A DNA stretch of 64,000 nt. Origin: Pirellulales bacterium (lineage in GTDB: Bacteria; Planctomycetota; Planctomycetia; Pirellulales; JADZDJ01). Made by a program: the position numbers and the translations under genes. Of the stretch, positions 63,804-64,000 are shown piece by piece (position 1 is the stretch's first letter; every line of letters begins with the position of its first letter). The stretch covers positions 16,512 to 80,511 of the forward strand of contig CAVZDC010000006.1 of assembly GCA_963773925.1 (NCBI GenBank). The letters are read 5' to 3'. Below the pieces are notes generated by a model. That model worked only from the letters and a program-made list of their open reading frames with translations, was not told where the DNA came from and ran no database searches.

Positions 63804-64000
63804 ATTCCTGTGCCGCAGCGCGCCGCCTTCTTCGCACCGGCGGGCCGGAGCAATTTTCCCAAGCGGCTTGCGTCGAACTGCTGCCGCATTTTTAGCCGGG
63901 ATGTTACCCCGTCCGAACGCTGTAAAGCATAATGCGGCAAGTTTTTCCGGCGGCAAACGTCTAGCGGCCACACCAAATACTCTATCCCTACTCTGTGAAT

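Overview
GC-rich bacterial chromosomal window, most consistent with a planctomycete (Pirellulales-like). This is inferred from the alpha2-type GlyRS, the futalosine-pathway menaquinone genes, a Cys-rich beta-barrel, PQQ-propeller/STN/TPR/YHS proteins and REP-like repeats. It is mostly housekeeping: rnd, glyQS, menG-ubiX-ubiA(mqnP)-mqnE, recG, rpsU, DHH/nrnA, ribF, ppx, pdxJ, dapA, pabB, mscK-like, hppA, emrAB, glpQ-glpD-glpK, rho and DUF47-pit. At least 25 apparent single-base frameshifts, many in essential genes, point to uncorrected long-read indel errors rather than real pseudogenes. I saw no rRNA, tRNA, CRISPR array, transposase or integrase. Most notable: (i) two tandem glycosyltransferases that closely follow the catalytic domain of animal GM2/GD2 synthase (B4GALNT1/GT12), beside a methyltransferase; (ii) a 2.3-kb cassette bounded by inverted REP copies, holding a truncated AhpD/CMD remnant and an AT-richer PD-(D/E)XK-like gene; (iii) a Rho with an RGG/YGG low-complexity N-terminus and a ~500-nt leader; (iv) a CbiA-like probable pseudo-enzyme; (v) a FabD-like acyltransferase lacking the malonyl-binding Arg. 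Family assignments come from motifs recognised by eye, not from database searches.
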